From assembly GCA_027491395.1 (NCBI GenBank), contig JAOZFI010000043.1, positions 47,502 to 111,501 of the forward strand: a stretch of 64,000 bases of DNA, in the 5' to 3' direction. A program made the position numbers and the translations under genes. The notes under the pieces are model-generated. The model did not search any database. It saw nothing but the letters and a program-made list of their open reading frames with translations, and had not been told where the DNA came from. This document shows, piece by piece, positions 48,901 to 58,372 of the stretch. The first letter of the stretch is position 1, and each line of letters begins with the position of its first letter. Source of the DNA: Thermoproteota archaeon (lineage in GTDB: Archaea; Korarchaeota; Korarchaeia; Korarchaeales; Korarchaeaceae).

Positions 48901-49941
48901 ATCAGGGGAGATTACGGTCCTGCTGGAGAAGTTAACCCTCTTGCCTATGAGGTTCTTCCTGAGCCTCCCCTCCTTACCGCTGAGCCTCTGGAATAGGGAT
49001 TTGAGGGGCCTCCTAGTCCCCTTCTGGGTGGCTACGGGCATGTTAGCGGCAGCGTTATTGAAGAACACGCTCACCCAATACTGCAAGAGGTCCCACTCAC
49101 TCTCGACCATGCTGCTGGGGGCGCCCAGCCTCTTGGAGTTATGGAGCTTTCTATTTACCTTGAGTATCTCCACTAGAATGTGAGTGAGATCGTCTTCAGA
49201 TCTCTCACCAGTTTCTAGGTAGATCGAAGGTCTGACCGGGAGAGGAGGTACGAGCAGCACGGTGAGAACGGTCCATTCCGGTCTGGCCCTCTCCGGGTTG
49301 AATCCTATCAGGAGAGAGTCATCATCACTAACTCTCTCGAGTATATCCCTTATCTCAGTAGGCCATAGCCTCCTAGGCTCCGGTTCCTTGACTATGAACT
49401 TGTATACCTCCTCCAGCTCCACCCTCTGCACGTCCGCCCCACAGTGAGGACACTTCTTGTGCTTCTTGGTGTACTTCTTCACCTCCTCCCTGACCTGCCT
49501 GACCAGTTCGTCATCTATCTTCTTCTCAGGATTACTCTCAGCCACTTCTTTAGCCTTGGATATGAAGTAAGCTCTTTCCTCCTCGGGGAGCAGGACCTTA
49601 CCGCACTTATGACATACGGTGTTCAGGGCATCCTTTACCCTCTTAACGTAGCCTATGTGAACTACGGGCATCGCTAATTCTATCCTACCGAAGTGCCCAG
49701 GACAGTTCTTCGGATAATTCCCGCAGATGGGGCACCTTTTCCTAGGGTTTATCGTTCCGAGTCTGGGATCCAGCACACCTCCCTGTACTGGTAGGCCACC
49801 CTCGTCGTAGGCGGTCGGCTCGGTTATCTCGATGAATCCTATCCTCCGAGCGTCGGACGGGGAGATGAGACCGAACATCACCTTCCTGAGGCTGTAGGGA
49901 ATGGCCTCCTCGTCGGCCACCGGTTCCCATATTAACGCCAT
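45970..49941 (-). CDS. rpo1: RNA polymerase largest subunit, unsplit Rpo1 (A' and A'' fused)
   Basis: CPGHFG, GKRVNFSSR, NRQPSLH and YNADFDGDEMN, then in the same frame the A'' motifs AQSIAEPTTQMVLRTFH and LGIEAAR. Confidence 0.97.
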   Translation of the reverse strand: MALIWEPVADEEAIPYSLRKVMFGLISPSDARRIGFIEITEPTAYDEGGLPVQGGVLDPRLGTINPRKRCPICGNYPKNCPGHFGRIELAMPVVHIGYVKRVKDALNTVCHKCGKVLLPEEERAYFISKAKEVAESNPEKKIDDELVRQVREEVKKYTKKHKKCPHCGADVQRVELEEVYKFIVKEPEPRRLWPTEIRDILERVSDDDSLLIGFNPERARPEWTVLTVLLVPPLPVRPSIYLETGERSEDDLTHILVEILKVNRKLHNSKRLGAPSSMVESEWDLLQYWVSVFFNNAAANMPVATQKGTRRPLKSLFQRLSGKEGRLRKNLIGKRVNFSSRTVISPDPMIDIDEVGVPVEIAMVLTVPEYVNENNIEKLKELVMRGPDEYPGANTVRKGGATPLSLKIIQRKGKEALKEVAEQLEPGDVVERHLMDGDYVIFNRQPSLHKLSMLGHRVKVLPGATFRLHPAVCVPYNADFDGDEMNLHAPQLIDGAIEAKELMGVKNNMLSPRTGGSIVGARQDLITVLYMITKKDSLFDKSEATRILARAGITELPEPAIKKPKELWTGKQLISVLLPKDLDFESVAKSAKGVECVDPSCPGDGYVLIRKGQLLSGVLDDDIVGTLVKGKLTIIDVLIRDYGNDMAADFLNKLLKIAAKEVMLYGITTSPKELMMPEEAYKEIDGIYSQLKEEVMELIRSRPIVRKTAIYRTKEELLRLMREEQMLEFDIVQTIDSFWSKVSDVVAKYVDPKSNVAIMAKTGARGSIANLSQIMGQVGQQKIKTRIGFVLTSGRPRKGYRDRVLSYFERGDLSPEARGFVRNSYVKGLNPVEFIFHAMSSRESLIDKGRRTEDSGYFYRRVANSLKDVYVSYDETVRDSLGHILQFRFGGDGYDPTKLFRNEPVNIKRIIERHVKGKRKRGVSKNKIEEALKEAGLPTALADKIHEARPKESEFKAIIEELKEGFERAKVEVLTPIGLISAQSIAEPTTQMVLRTFHAPGLLAMDVTHGVERFKELVFYASTSTPTMEIHLKPECQDDEVKIRKVIRSIRELRIRDLIEEYAIDNFGYRLILKPDMRALESNLITLDKFVGYIRSAVKNMKGEVSLEGDKVIVELFEAAKKDKPLQTLRSWSYRVLDKLVSGIKGIKRAWVETVEVDGKKEYVIRTTGSNLAEVLNLSCVDVSKTITNDCKEIEKVLGIEAARNCIFKELARILEEQGLEVDRRYISLVADTMTYSGTIEAIRLQAAGVASGFFSEMKTPLSKMAFEWTTHVILNTARRGEDNPIVGPLDALIMGQTPPIGTGRVSVRWDLSPPGSGRGDNE

Positions 49942-49954
49942 GAGATCACCCCCC

Positions 49955-52900
49955 TCAGACCTCCTCCCTCACATCGAGCCTCACGTCTATGTGTCCGCTC
50001 ATCAGCTCGTCAATGAACAGCTTCGAGGCGTGGCTGGTGATCAGCGGCTTCACCTCGACGGATGACTGACACCTCGGGCAGAAGAACTCGTTGGTTCTCT
50101 GGTTGAAGAACGCCACCGTGCCGCAGTTCTTGCATACGTAGATTACCGTCTTGTCTGACTGTTCAACGTATCTATCCCTTATCACTGAAGCGGCCCCGTG
50201 TGAGATAAGCACCTCTCCTTCCATCTCACCGAGCCTGAGCCCGCCACCCCTTGCCCTTCCCTCGACCGGCTGCCTCGTCAGGAGCTGCATCTGCCCCCTA
50301 GCCCTAGCGTGTATCTTGTCCCTGACCATGTGCTTGAGCCTCTGGTAGTAGCTGATGCCTATGAATATGGGAGCCCTTATCATCCGACCAGTCCTCCCAT
50401 CGTACATTATCTCCTCACCGCTGTACTCGAATCCAAGCTTCTTCAGGGCCTCCATGAGGTCCTCTACGGGCTCGGACATGAATGGGGTGCCGTCAACGAA
50501 CCTGCCCTCAAGAGCGCCCACCTTTCCCGCCAGTATCTCGTAGAGCTGGCCTATGGTCATCCTAGAGGGTATGGCGTGTGGGTCGAGCACTATGTCGGGC
50601 ACTATGCCCTCGGAAGTGAAGGGCATATCCTCCTGCCTGTATATCATGCCGAGCACTCCCTTCTGACCGTGCCTCGTGGCGAACTTGTCTCCCAGTTCGG
50701 GAGGCCTCGTATCCCTGACCTTGACCCTGACCAGCTTCTCCCCACCGGTCTTAGTTGCCAGCAGGACATCCGTGACCACGCCCTTCTCCCAAGCCCTCAT
50801 GGCTATGGAGGTGTCCCTCCTCTCGAAGGTGTACTGATAGCCCCCTCCGATGGACAGCTCCGGTGAGAACCTAGGTGGGCTGGTCTTACCTATGAGGACA
50901 TCCCCTCCCTCAACGTAGGTCTCGGGATCTACTATGCCATCCTCCCCGAGCTTCTGGTAGTACTGCTCTTCCTTCTTTCCAGACACCTTCTTGAGCGGCA
51001 GTGGGTTCTCGAACCTGTCACCCTCGATTATGGCCTGTCTCCGGGCCTCGGCCTCGTAGGTCCTGAAGAAGACCGCCCTCGCGGCACCCCTATCTATAGA
51101 GCCTTTCGACATGACCAAGGCGTCGTCCATGTTGTACCCGTCCATTGGTATGAGGGCAACGACTAGGTTCTGCCCGGAGGGCCTGTAATCGTAACCCGTT
51201 ATCTCGGAGCCCCGGGTCTTCACTATGGGCCTCTGAGGATAGAACATGAGGAAGGCCCTAGAGTCGAACCGGAGCCTCCAGTTCGCTACATACTCGCCCA
51301 AGCCCTGCCTGACCATGTTGGCGCCGATTATGTCCCTAGGGATGTTGTTGTGCTCCGCGTAGGGTATCTGGGAGGCAGCGACGCCGAACATCGCGTAGGG
51401 AGCGAAATCCAGATGGGTGTGCCTCTCGTTCAGCTCCTTGAGGCTGTGAGCAATGACCGCAGACTCCTCCTCATCCACATCCAGCAACTCCACAACTCCC
51501 ATCTTCACGAGATCGGAGAAGCTTATGTTGCCAGCCTCCACCTCTGGCAGGAGCTTTATCGCCTCTTCTATCTTATCTACGGGTATAAGGGGTCTCCTCA
51601 TCCTGCCAGCGTCTGCATTTATGTAGACGGCGTTCTCCTCACTATTGTAGGTGAAGTTTACCTCAGGACTCATCTCAGGCCTCTTCTCCCTTAGGAAGGC
51701 TATCAGATCATCTGGCTTATCGGTGAAAGCTATGAGCCTGCCATCCACATATATGGGAGTTAGCCCCCCCACCTCCTTGGGCGTGGCTTGGGCCGCGGGT
51801 TTGGCGCCCCAGTCCAGGACCATCTCTATAACCGGCTCCGGATCGGTCCCGAAGGTCACATCGCTGAACACAGCGAGGCTCCTGACCAGCCCCACGTTCG
51901 TTCCCTCTGGAGTTTCAAGGGGACACAGCCTGCCTATGGAGGTACCGTGGATCTGCCTCGCCTCGTGAAGGGGCAGCCCAGCTGGTAGGGGTGAGTTGAC
52001 CCTCCTCAGGTGATGCAGCGTAGCTATATAGTTGGTCCTCTCTAAGTTCTGACTGACGCCCAGATCGCCTCCCGGCCAAGCTCCCGTAGCTACAGCCCTC
52101 AATATACGTTGAGTGATCATCTTCTGACTCATCAGAATTCTCCTGACATCCAAGTCATAGACACCACTGCTGAGCTGCTCATCCGCCTTCTCCTTAAGTC
52201 TCCTCACCAGCTGGTAGAACGCGTCTCTGAAGACCTCCTGCATCAAGGTTCCAGCTAGTCTGAGCCTCTTGTTAGAGAAGTGATCCTTATCGTCAGGAGC
52301 GATCTTACCCCTCACGACCTTGAGCAGCTTCTCTATCATCTTGGCTAGGAAGTAGGCCTTTACTATGTTGTCCTCCTCGCTGTTCCCGATGTGAGGGAGC
52401 AGGTTGTTCTTCAGATACTCCTTCGCGTACCTCACCCTGTCCGCTTTAGGAACTGCCTGCACGAGCCTCCTGCCTATGTAGTCCAGGGCTTCCTCCTGAG
52501 TGAGCATCCCGACAGTGCCCTCCTCCTCGGCCCGCCTCTGGACATCGTCGAGGCTATAGAGGAACTCGTTCCTTATCTCCTCGTCGCTAGATATGGCATC
52601 AACTATGTCCTCATCCCTCTCTAGTCCGAGGGCCTTCAGCAGCATGGCGACGGGAATTCCCCTTATGGCCCCGGTGGAGGCCTTTATCGTCCCATCCCGG
52701 GTGTAGTACTCTAGGTAGAGCCTGGTCCTCAGACCAGCCTTAGCGGACACTATCTGGGCCACATGTGAGTAAGGTTTGTTCTCCGCCGTGGTCTGCTCGA
52801 CTATCACCTTATTGGGTGCCAGATCGTCCCTGATGACGAGCACCCTCTCCGACCCGTTTATGATGAAGTAACCTCCGGGGTCCCTGGGATCCTCGCCCTT

Positions 52901-53329
52901 CTCTATTAACCTCTTCTCATCCAGCCCGTGGAGGTAGCAGCCCTTGGACCTGACCATTATGGGTATGTGGCCTATCCTCACCCTCTCACTCTTCAGCTCC
53001 ATTCCTCCTGAATACACCTTTATCTCCAGCTCTATTGGAGCGAGATAGTTGGCATTCCTCAGCCTTATTTCGTTTGGCATTGCAGGGAGCGATGAGCCAT
53101 CGTACTCCTCCACCTCGGGCCTACCCACATAGACCCTGCTCAACACCAACTTGTAATTCTCCACGAGTTCCAACTCCTTGAACGCATCTATGACCTCCTG
53201 TATCCCCCTCTCTAGGAACCTGTTGAAGGACTCTATTTGGACATCCGAGAGCTTTCGCTCCCGGAAGTAGGCCCTTACTATAGGGTAGAAATCGATATTC
53301 ACATCCCCAACATTCACGGTCGACGACAC
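49955..53329 (-). CDS. rpo2: RNA polymerase subunit Rpo2 (B), unsplit
   Basis: GGYFIINGSERV, CPLETPEG, GDKFATRHGQKG, RLKHMVRDK, GGLRLGEME. Start (GTG 53329) is uncertain. Confidence 0.97.
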   Translation of the reverse strand: MSSTVNVGDVNIDFYPIVRAYFRERKLSDVQIESFNRFLERGIQEVIDAFKELELVENYKLVLSRVYVGRPEVEEYDGSSLPAMPNEIRLRNANYLAPIELEIKVYSGGMELKSERVRIGHIPIMVRSKGCYLHGLDEKRLIEKGEDPRDPGGYFIINGSERVLVIRDDLAPNKVIVEQTTAENKPYSHVAQIVSAKAGLRTRLYLEYYTRDGTIKASTGAIRGIPVAMLLKALGLERDEDIVDAISSDEEIRNEFLYSLDDVQRRAEEEGTVGMLTQEEALDYIGRRLVQAVPKADRVRYAKEYLKNNLLPHIGNSEEDNIVKAYFLAKMIEKLLKVVRGKIAPDDKDHFSNKRLRLAGTLMQEVFRDAFYQLVRRLKEKADEQLSSGVYDLDVRRILMSQKMITQRILRAVATGAWPGGDLGVSQNLERTNYIATLHHLRRVNSPLPAGLPLHEARQIHGTSIGRLCPLETPEGTNVGLVRSLAVFSDVTFGTDPEPVIEMVLDWGAKPAAQATPKEVGGLTPIYVDGRLIAFTDKPDDLIAFLREKRPEMSPEVNFTYNSEENAVYINADAGRMRRPLIPVDKIEEAIKLLPEVEAGNISFSDLVKMGVVELLDVDEEESAVIAHSLKELNERHTHLDFAPYAMFGVAASQIPYAEHNNIPRDIIGANMVRQGLGEYVANWRLRFDSRAFLMFYPQRPIVKTRGSEITGYDYRPSGQNLVVALIPMDGYNMDDALVMSKGSIDRGAARAVFFRTYEAEARRQAIIEGDRFENPLPLKKVSGKKEEQYYQKLGEDGIVDPETYVEGGDVLIGKTSPPRFSPELSIGGGYQYTFERRDTSIAMRAWEKGVVTDVLLATKTGGEKLVRVKVRDTRPPELGDKFATRHGQKGVLGMIYRQEDMPFTSEGIVPDIVLDPHAIPSRMTIGQLYEILAGKVGALEGRFVDGTPFMSEPVEDLMEALKKLGFEYSGEEIMYDGRTGRMIRAPIFIGISYYQRLKHMVRDKIHARARGQMQLLTRQPVEGRARGGGLRLGEMEGEVLISHGAASVIRDRYVEQSDKTVIYVCKNCGTVAFFNQRTNEFFCPRCQSSVEVKPLITSHASKLFIDELMSGHIDVRLDVREEV

Positions 53330-53361
53330 GGAAACAACCCCCACAACATAATCGTAAAAAA

Positions 53362-53787
53362 TCAACTTCTACTAACCACATACCTGTAATAGAAGCCCTC
53401 CTCACGATGTATCCGGATCAGATCTCCCTCCTTCGCCCCCAACTTCATCACTATGGGGTCGGTCACAAGTATCTTGGGAAACATATCCAAGGACCCGTAC
53501 ATCCTCTCCAATTCTCTCTTCTCATCCTCGCTGACTATCTCGTGCTTGGGCACCATGAAGTTCTCGGTCGGATCATACTTGATTGCTTTCTTTGCCTTCT
53601 TGGTTCTAGTGGTCTTAGCTCTCTTTTGGGCCTTCTTCTCCTTCTTAGCTTTTGCGGTCTTCTTAGACTTGGAGGAGGACTTTCCCGAGGACTTCTTCCC
53701 GGGAGATTTAGTCTCCTTACTAGGATTGGGGGAATCAGATCCCTTATCTAGGTCGATATCGACTGGAACATCCTCAGACTCTACCAA
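53362..53787 (-). CDS. rpo5: RNA polymerase subunit Rpo5 (H) with Lys-rich N-terminal extension
   Basis: C-terminal VPKHEI, PKILVTDP, GAKEGDLIRI, YYRYVV. About 70 aa of low-complexity N-terminus. Confidence 0.92.
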   Translation of the reverse strand: MVESEDVPVDIDLDKGSDSPNPSKETKSPGKKSSGKSSSKSKKTAKAKKEKKAQKRAKTTRTKKAKKAIKYDPTENFMVPKHEIVSEDEKRELERMYGSLDMFPKILVTDPIVMKLGAKEGDLIRIHREEGFYYRYVVSRS

Positions 53788-53877
53788 ATAAGCACCCCCT
53801 TAAAGGGAACACTGGCATCAGGGTGAGGTGCAATACGGTTTTAAAAAGTTTACACCCGTAGAACCCGGGGAACGGAT

Positions 53878-54483
53878 TTGGGGGACGACCTCATCGAGAT
53901 CAGGTGGCACGGTAGGGGCGGTCAGGGCGCCGTTCTCGCCTCAAGAATCGTGGCTAAGGCTGCCTTCTTGGAGAGCAAATGGTCTCAGGCATTTCCATTC
54001 TTCGGGGCTGAGAGAAGGGGCGCTCCTGTGATGGCGTTTACTAGGGTCTCCAGCTCCCCTATAAGGCTGAGGAGCCAGATATACGAGCCGGATATATTGG
54101 TCCTGCTGGATCCCATGTTCCTCAATCTGGAGGTGGCTTGGAGGGGCGTGAAGCCCGACACGATAGTCGTTATGAACGTGCCCGAAGATCCCGCAGAGAT
54201 ATTCCTCCCTAAGAGAGTGCGGAGGCTCGCCACGGTGGATGCCACCGCCATCTCCATGGAACTGGGGTTGAAAGTGGCTGGACTCCCCGTTCCCAACTCG
54301 GCTATGGTCGGGGCCTTGGTGAAGGCCACAGGCATAGTGGGTCTTGAGAGCGCCGAGAGCTCTGTCAAGGTCATGATGAAGAGGCTCACTGATGTGAATC
54401 TGGAGGCCCTCAAGAGGGCACACGAGGAAACCAAAGTTACAGATAACCCTAAGTTCGTTCCTGAGGTAATAGGGGAGGGATGA
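53878..54483 (+). CDS. porG: 2-oxoacid:ferredoxin oxidoreductase gamma subunit
   Basis: EIRWHGRGGQG, FPFFGAERRGAPV, PDILVLLD, PNSAMVGA. Confidence 0.92.
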   Translation: MGDDLIEIRWHGRGGQGAVLASRIVAKAAFLESKWSQAFPFFGAERRGAPVMAFTRVSSSPIRLRSQIYEPDILVLLDPMFLNLEVAWRGVKPDTIVVMNVPEDPAEIFLPKRVRRLATVDATAISMELGLKVAGLPVPNSAMVGALVKATGIVGLESAESSVKVMMKRLTDVNLEALKRAHEETKVTDNPKFVPEVIGEG

Positions 54484-54485
54484 GT

Positions 54486-54731
54486 TCAGGCCCCCTCCGC
54501 CCTCTCTATGTAAGAGTCGAAGAACCTGGTGTAGACGTCAACCTTCGTCTCTCCCGGCTTCATCTCGATCTCCTCAACTAGCCCGCAGTTGAAACACTTG
54601 ATGACGGCCTTTCCCTCCTTCTCGTGGAGCTCAACCATTATTGAGTTGTGCTGGCAAACGGGGCACCTGAAGAAGGCTGATTTCCTCCTCTTTCTGACCG
54701 GAAGAGTGGTTCTCCTCTTTCTCCTTCCCAT
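54486..54731 (-). CDS. elf1: Transcription elongation factor Elf1
   Basis: MGRRKRR, FRCPVC, CFNCG, VDVYTRFFD. Confidence 0.9.
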   Translation of the reverse strand: MGRRKRRTTLPVRKRRKSAFFRCPVCQHNSIMVELHEKEGKAVIKCFNCGLVEEIEMKPGETKVDVYTRFFDSYIERAEGA

Positions 54732-54839
54732 TTCAAAGCACCCGAATTTTACAACCCTCACTTCTAAATTAAGTATCTCGGATGGACTTGATGTCCCGGG
54801 CCATCCTTTATACCCTCGGTGAGGCGCCTTAACCGGGAT

Positions 54840-57800
54840 ATGTCGGTAGATGAGAGGTACTTCATTTCACTCGAGGAGGACCTTAAGAGGGTACTCGAGG
54901 TCGCCAAGAAGGCCAGAGCTGCAGGTTATGACCCCAAGGAGGATGTAGAAATAAAGATAGCGAACGAGCTCCATGAGAGGATAGTAGCGCTCTTCAACGT
55001 GGAGTCCTTGGGGGACAGGGTCAAGCACTGGCTAGAGAAGACCGATAACAAGGTAGAGACGGCTTTCAGGGTCATAGCTGAGATAATCCCTAGGAAGGGT
55101 GAGGTCCCCAAGATAGATGTCGGGGGAGACGACGAATACAGGGCTGAGCTGGCGTTGAGAGTTGGTATGGCCATAATAACCGATGCTACGGTCTCCGCTC
55201 CTATTGAGGGAATAAGCAAGGTGACCATAAAGGGTGCAGGTCGCGACGCCTACCTCTCAGTGTACTATAACGGTCCGATAAGAACAGCCGGAGGTACTGA
55301 GGGAGCTATGAGCGTTCTGATGGCTGACTACATAAGGCAGAGGTTGGGTTTGGGCAGGTATGTCCCCACCCACGAGGAGGTGGAGAGGTACACCGAGGAG
55401 GTCTTCCTGTACAAGAGGGTTGCCCATCTGCAGTACAACTCCGAGCCAGAGGAGGTTAGGAGGGCGGTCATGCACATACCTATCGAGGTAACGGGTCCCC
55501 CCACAGAGAAGGAGGAGGTCTCCTCCTTTAGAAACCTCCCTAGGGTGGAGACAAACAGGATAAGAGGGGGGGCCGTCTTGGTCATCAATGACTGCGTCAT
55601 ACAGAAAGCTAAGAAGCTGAAGAAAATCATAAAACAGCTCAAAGAGTCCATAGAGGATTTCGACGATTCCGCTTGGAGATGGCTGGGGGAGGACAGTGGG
55701 AAGGAAGAGGAGGAAGGCGAAGGAGCACGGGATGAGGGTTGCCCGGTTGTGGAGCCCTCGTACAAGTACCTAAAGGACGCCGTCATGGGAAGACCCGTAT
55801 TAGCTCATCCCTCCAGGATAGGGGGATTCAGGTTGAGGTACGGCAGATCTAGGAACACGGGATTGGCGAGCATCGGGATGAACCCTGCGACCATGTATAT
55901 ACTGGATAGCTTCGTGGCGGTGGGCACTCAGGTCAGGATCGAGAGGCCCGGGAAGAGCGCCGTGGTGATGCCGGTGGATTGGATAGAAGGACCCATCGTG
56001 AGGCTTAGGGATGGAAGCGTGATCAAGATCGACGATCCCGAACAGGCCAGAGAGTTAGCTGGTTCGGTGGAGAAGATACTGCACTTGGGGGATGTCCTGA
56101 TAGGTTTCGGGGAGTTCCTCGAGAACAACCACAAGCTCCTCCCATCGGCTTGGGTGGAGGAGTGGTGGTATTCTCTCCTGAGAGAGAAGGCTAAAGAGAT
56201 GGGAATAGATCCTCCCGTGGAGAGATGGCAGAGGATCTCCTTTTTAGAGGCCTTGGAGATATCCAAGAAGTTTGGCATCCCGCTCCACCCGAGGTACACC
56301 TATTTCTGGGAGCATGTGAAGGTTAGAGAACTACTCACCTTGCTCGAGGCCGTGAGGAAGGGCGGATCCGGAAAGGCCGTCTCTCTCAGGGCTAGTGAGG
56401 AGATCAAGGACATCTTGGAGAGACTCGGGGTTCCCCATAGAGTGGGAATGAACATGCTATGGGTGGAAGGAGATGACGCGGCTCTCTTGGATTACTTGGC
56501 ATCCAAGATACCCGCCGAAGTCGATATAGACGGGATCTCCGAGTATGAAACCCTAAGGTTCCTCAATGAGCACTTGGATGTCAAAGTGATGCCCAAGGGC
56601 CCCACGAAGATCGGTATGAGGGTTGGTAGGCCGGAGAAAGCTAAGCCTAGGAAGATGAAACCCCCAGTGAACCTGCTCTTCCCCATAGGGGGACTCAAGG
56701 GGATGACCCGCTCGATGGAGGCCGCTTATAATCAGGGCAAGGTGGAGGTCGAAGTGGCCCTCAGAATGTGCCCCAGCTGCGGGATCAAGACCACAAGGTA
56801 CAAATGCCCGAAATGCGGGACTAGGACGGTCCCTCTCTTGTTCTGTCCCATCTGCGGCAAGAGGGTCAACGGCAGATGCAGGGACCATCCCAACGCGGAT
56901 CCGGTTCCCTACAGGAAGACGGTCCTGAACATAAGGGAGGAAGTGGATAGGGCCCTCTCCAACCTGAGAGAACCCGTAGAACTCCTAAAAAAAGTTAAAG
57001 GTGTTAAGGGACTTACCAGCGGATCCAAATCACCCGAGCTGATAGAGAAGGGCATTTTGAGGGGTAAGTACGACCTCTACGTCTTCAAGGACGGAACGAT
57101 AAGATTCGACGCGGTTAACGCAGCGCTCACCCACTTCAAGCCCAAGGAAGCGGGGGTTCCCATCTCAAAGCTAAGGGAACTAGGTTACACCCATGACATC
57201 CGCGGGGATGAATTGGTGAGCGAGGATCAGATCTTGGAGCTGAAGGTGCAGGATATGATAATACCTAGGGAGGCTGCGAAATACCTGTTCAGGGTCTCCA
57301 AATACGTGGACGAGCTCTTGGAGAAGGTGTATGGCTTGGAACCCTTCTACAACTTGGAGAGCGAGGAGGATTTAGTGGGGCACCTAGTCCTGACGATCTC
57401 ACCCCACACGTTCGTGGCGAATGTCGCCAGAATAATCGGATTCACCGACGCGGATGTTCTCTATGCACACCCCTTTCTACATGCCGCCAAGAGGAGAAAC
57501 ATAGACGGGGACGAGGACTCCATAATGCTTGCCCTAGACGGGCTCATCAATTTCTCCCAAGACTTCCTGCCTTCCACTCCGGGGGGGAGGGAAGACGCTC
57601 CTCTCTTGATGGTGACTAGGGTGGATCCCGAGTATATAGACGACGAGGTGTACAACATGGAGGTGGTGACCTCCCTGCCCTCAGCATTTTACGAGGCCAC
57701 CTACAGATACGAGGATCCGGGCAAGCTGAGGGACTTGGTGCCTACGGTGGAGACAGAGCTCGCGAGGGGCGTCAAGTACCCTGAAATTGGGTACTCCATA

Positions 57801-58367
57801 CCCACATCCCACGTTTACGGTGGACCGCTCCAGACGATGTACAGGAAGTTGAATAAGATGGAGGATAAGATGAGGGCCCATTTCTCCCTAGAAGAGAGGA
57901 TAAAAGCCGTGGACAAGATGGACGCCCTCTCGAGAGCCATCTCCTCCCACTTCATAAGGGACATAGTGGGCAACCTGAGGAAGTTCGGCCAGCAGATGTT
58001 CAGGTGCACCAAGTGCAATGCCAAGTACAGGAGGCCGCCGCTCTCGGGCAAATGCCTCGTGTGCGGTGGGCCTATACAGCTTACCGTACACAAGGGAACG
58101 GTGCTGAAGTACTTGGAGCCCACACTGTCACTCATGCGCGAGTACGGAATTGAAGGGTACCTGTCCCAGAGGATAAAGGTGCTGGAGGCCGAGGCCAGGT
58201 CCCTCTTCAGGGAGGAAGAGGACACAGGCTCTCTCAACACACTCGAATCCGTTCTTGGTGAGAAGACCCCGGATAATGAGCTGGAGCATTCAAGGAACAG
58301 AAAAGAGGAGAGGAAAGAGGGGAACAAGGGTAGGCCAATTGCTAGGAAACTTGTGGATTTCCTGTAG
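54840..58367 (+). CDS. polC: DNA polymerase D large subunit DP2
   Basis: APIEGI, GPIRTAGGT, FRLRYGRSRNTG, RVGRPEKA, FKDGTIRFD, HAAKRRNIDGDED, Zn-binding Cys motifs. No intein evident. Confidence 0.96.
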   Translation: MSVDERYFISLEEDLKRVLEVAKKARAAGYDPKEDVEIKIANELHERIVALFNVESLGDRVKHWLEKTDNKVETAFRVIAEIIPRKGEVPKIDVGGDDEYRAELALRVGMAIITDATVSAPIEGISKVTIKGAGRDAYLSVYYNGPIRTAGGTEGAMSVLMADYIRQRLGLGRYVPTHEEVERYTEEVFLYKRVAHLQYNSEPEEVRRAVMHIPIEVTGPPTEKEEVSSFRNLPRVETNRIRGGAVLVINDCVIQKAKKLKKIIKQLKESIEDFDDSAWRWLGEDSGKEEEEGEGARDEGCPVVEPSYKYLKDAVMGRPVLAHPSRIGGFRLRYGRSRNTGLASIGMNPATMYILDSFVAVGTQVRIERPGKSAVVMPVDWIEGPIVRLRDGSVIKIDDPEQARELAGSVEKILHLGDVLIGFGEFLENNHKLLPSAWVEEWWYSLLREKAKEMGIDPPVERWQRISFLEALEISKKFGIPLHPRYTYFWEHVKVRELLTLLEAVRKGGSGKAVSLRASEEIKDILERLGVPHRVGMNMLWVEGDDAALLDYLASKIPAEVDIDGISEYETLRFLNEHLDVKVMPKGPTKIGMRVGRPEKAKPRKMKPPVNLLFPIGGLKGMTRSMEAAYNQGKVEVEVALRMCPSCGIKTTRYKCPKCGTRTVPLLFCPICGKRVNGRCRDHPNADPVPYRKTVLNIREEVDRALSNLREPVELLKKVKGVKGLTSGSKSPELIEKGILRGKYDLYVFKDGTIRFDAVNAALTHFKPKEAGVPISKLRELGYTHDIRGDELVSEDQILELKVQDMIIPREAAKYLFRVSKYVDELLEKVYGLEPFYNLESEEDLVGHLVLTISPHTFVANVARIIGFTDADVLYAHPFLHAAKRRNIDGDEDSIMLALDGLINFSQDFLPSTPGGREDAPLLMVTRVDPEYIDDEVYNMEVVTSLPSAFYEATYRYEDPGKLRDLVPTVETELARGVKYPEIGYSIPTSHVYGGPLQTMYRKLNKMEDKMRAHFSLEERIKAVDKMDALSRAISSHFIRDIVGNLRKFGQQMFRCTKCNAKYRRPPLSGKCLVCGGPIQLTVHKGTVLKYLEPTLSLMREYGIEGYLSQRIKVLEAEARSLFREEEDTGSLNTLESVLGEKTPDNELEHSRNRKEERKEGNKGRPIARKLVDFL

Positions 58368-58372
58368 GGAGG

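Noticed and set aside
54840-58367. Intein in DP2 (also checked Rpo1 and Rpo2)
   Set aside because: Lengths are normal, KRRNIDGDED is uninterrupted, and no LAGLIDADG or HN-C/S/T junctions were seen.
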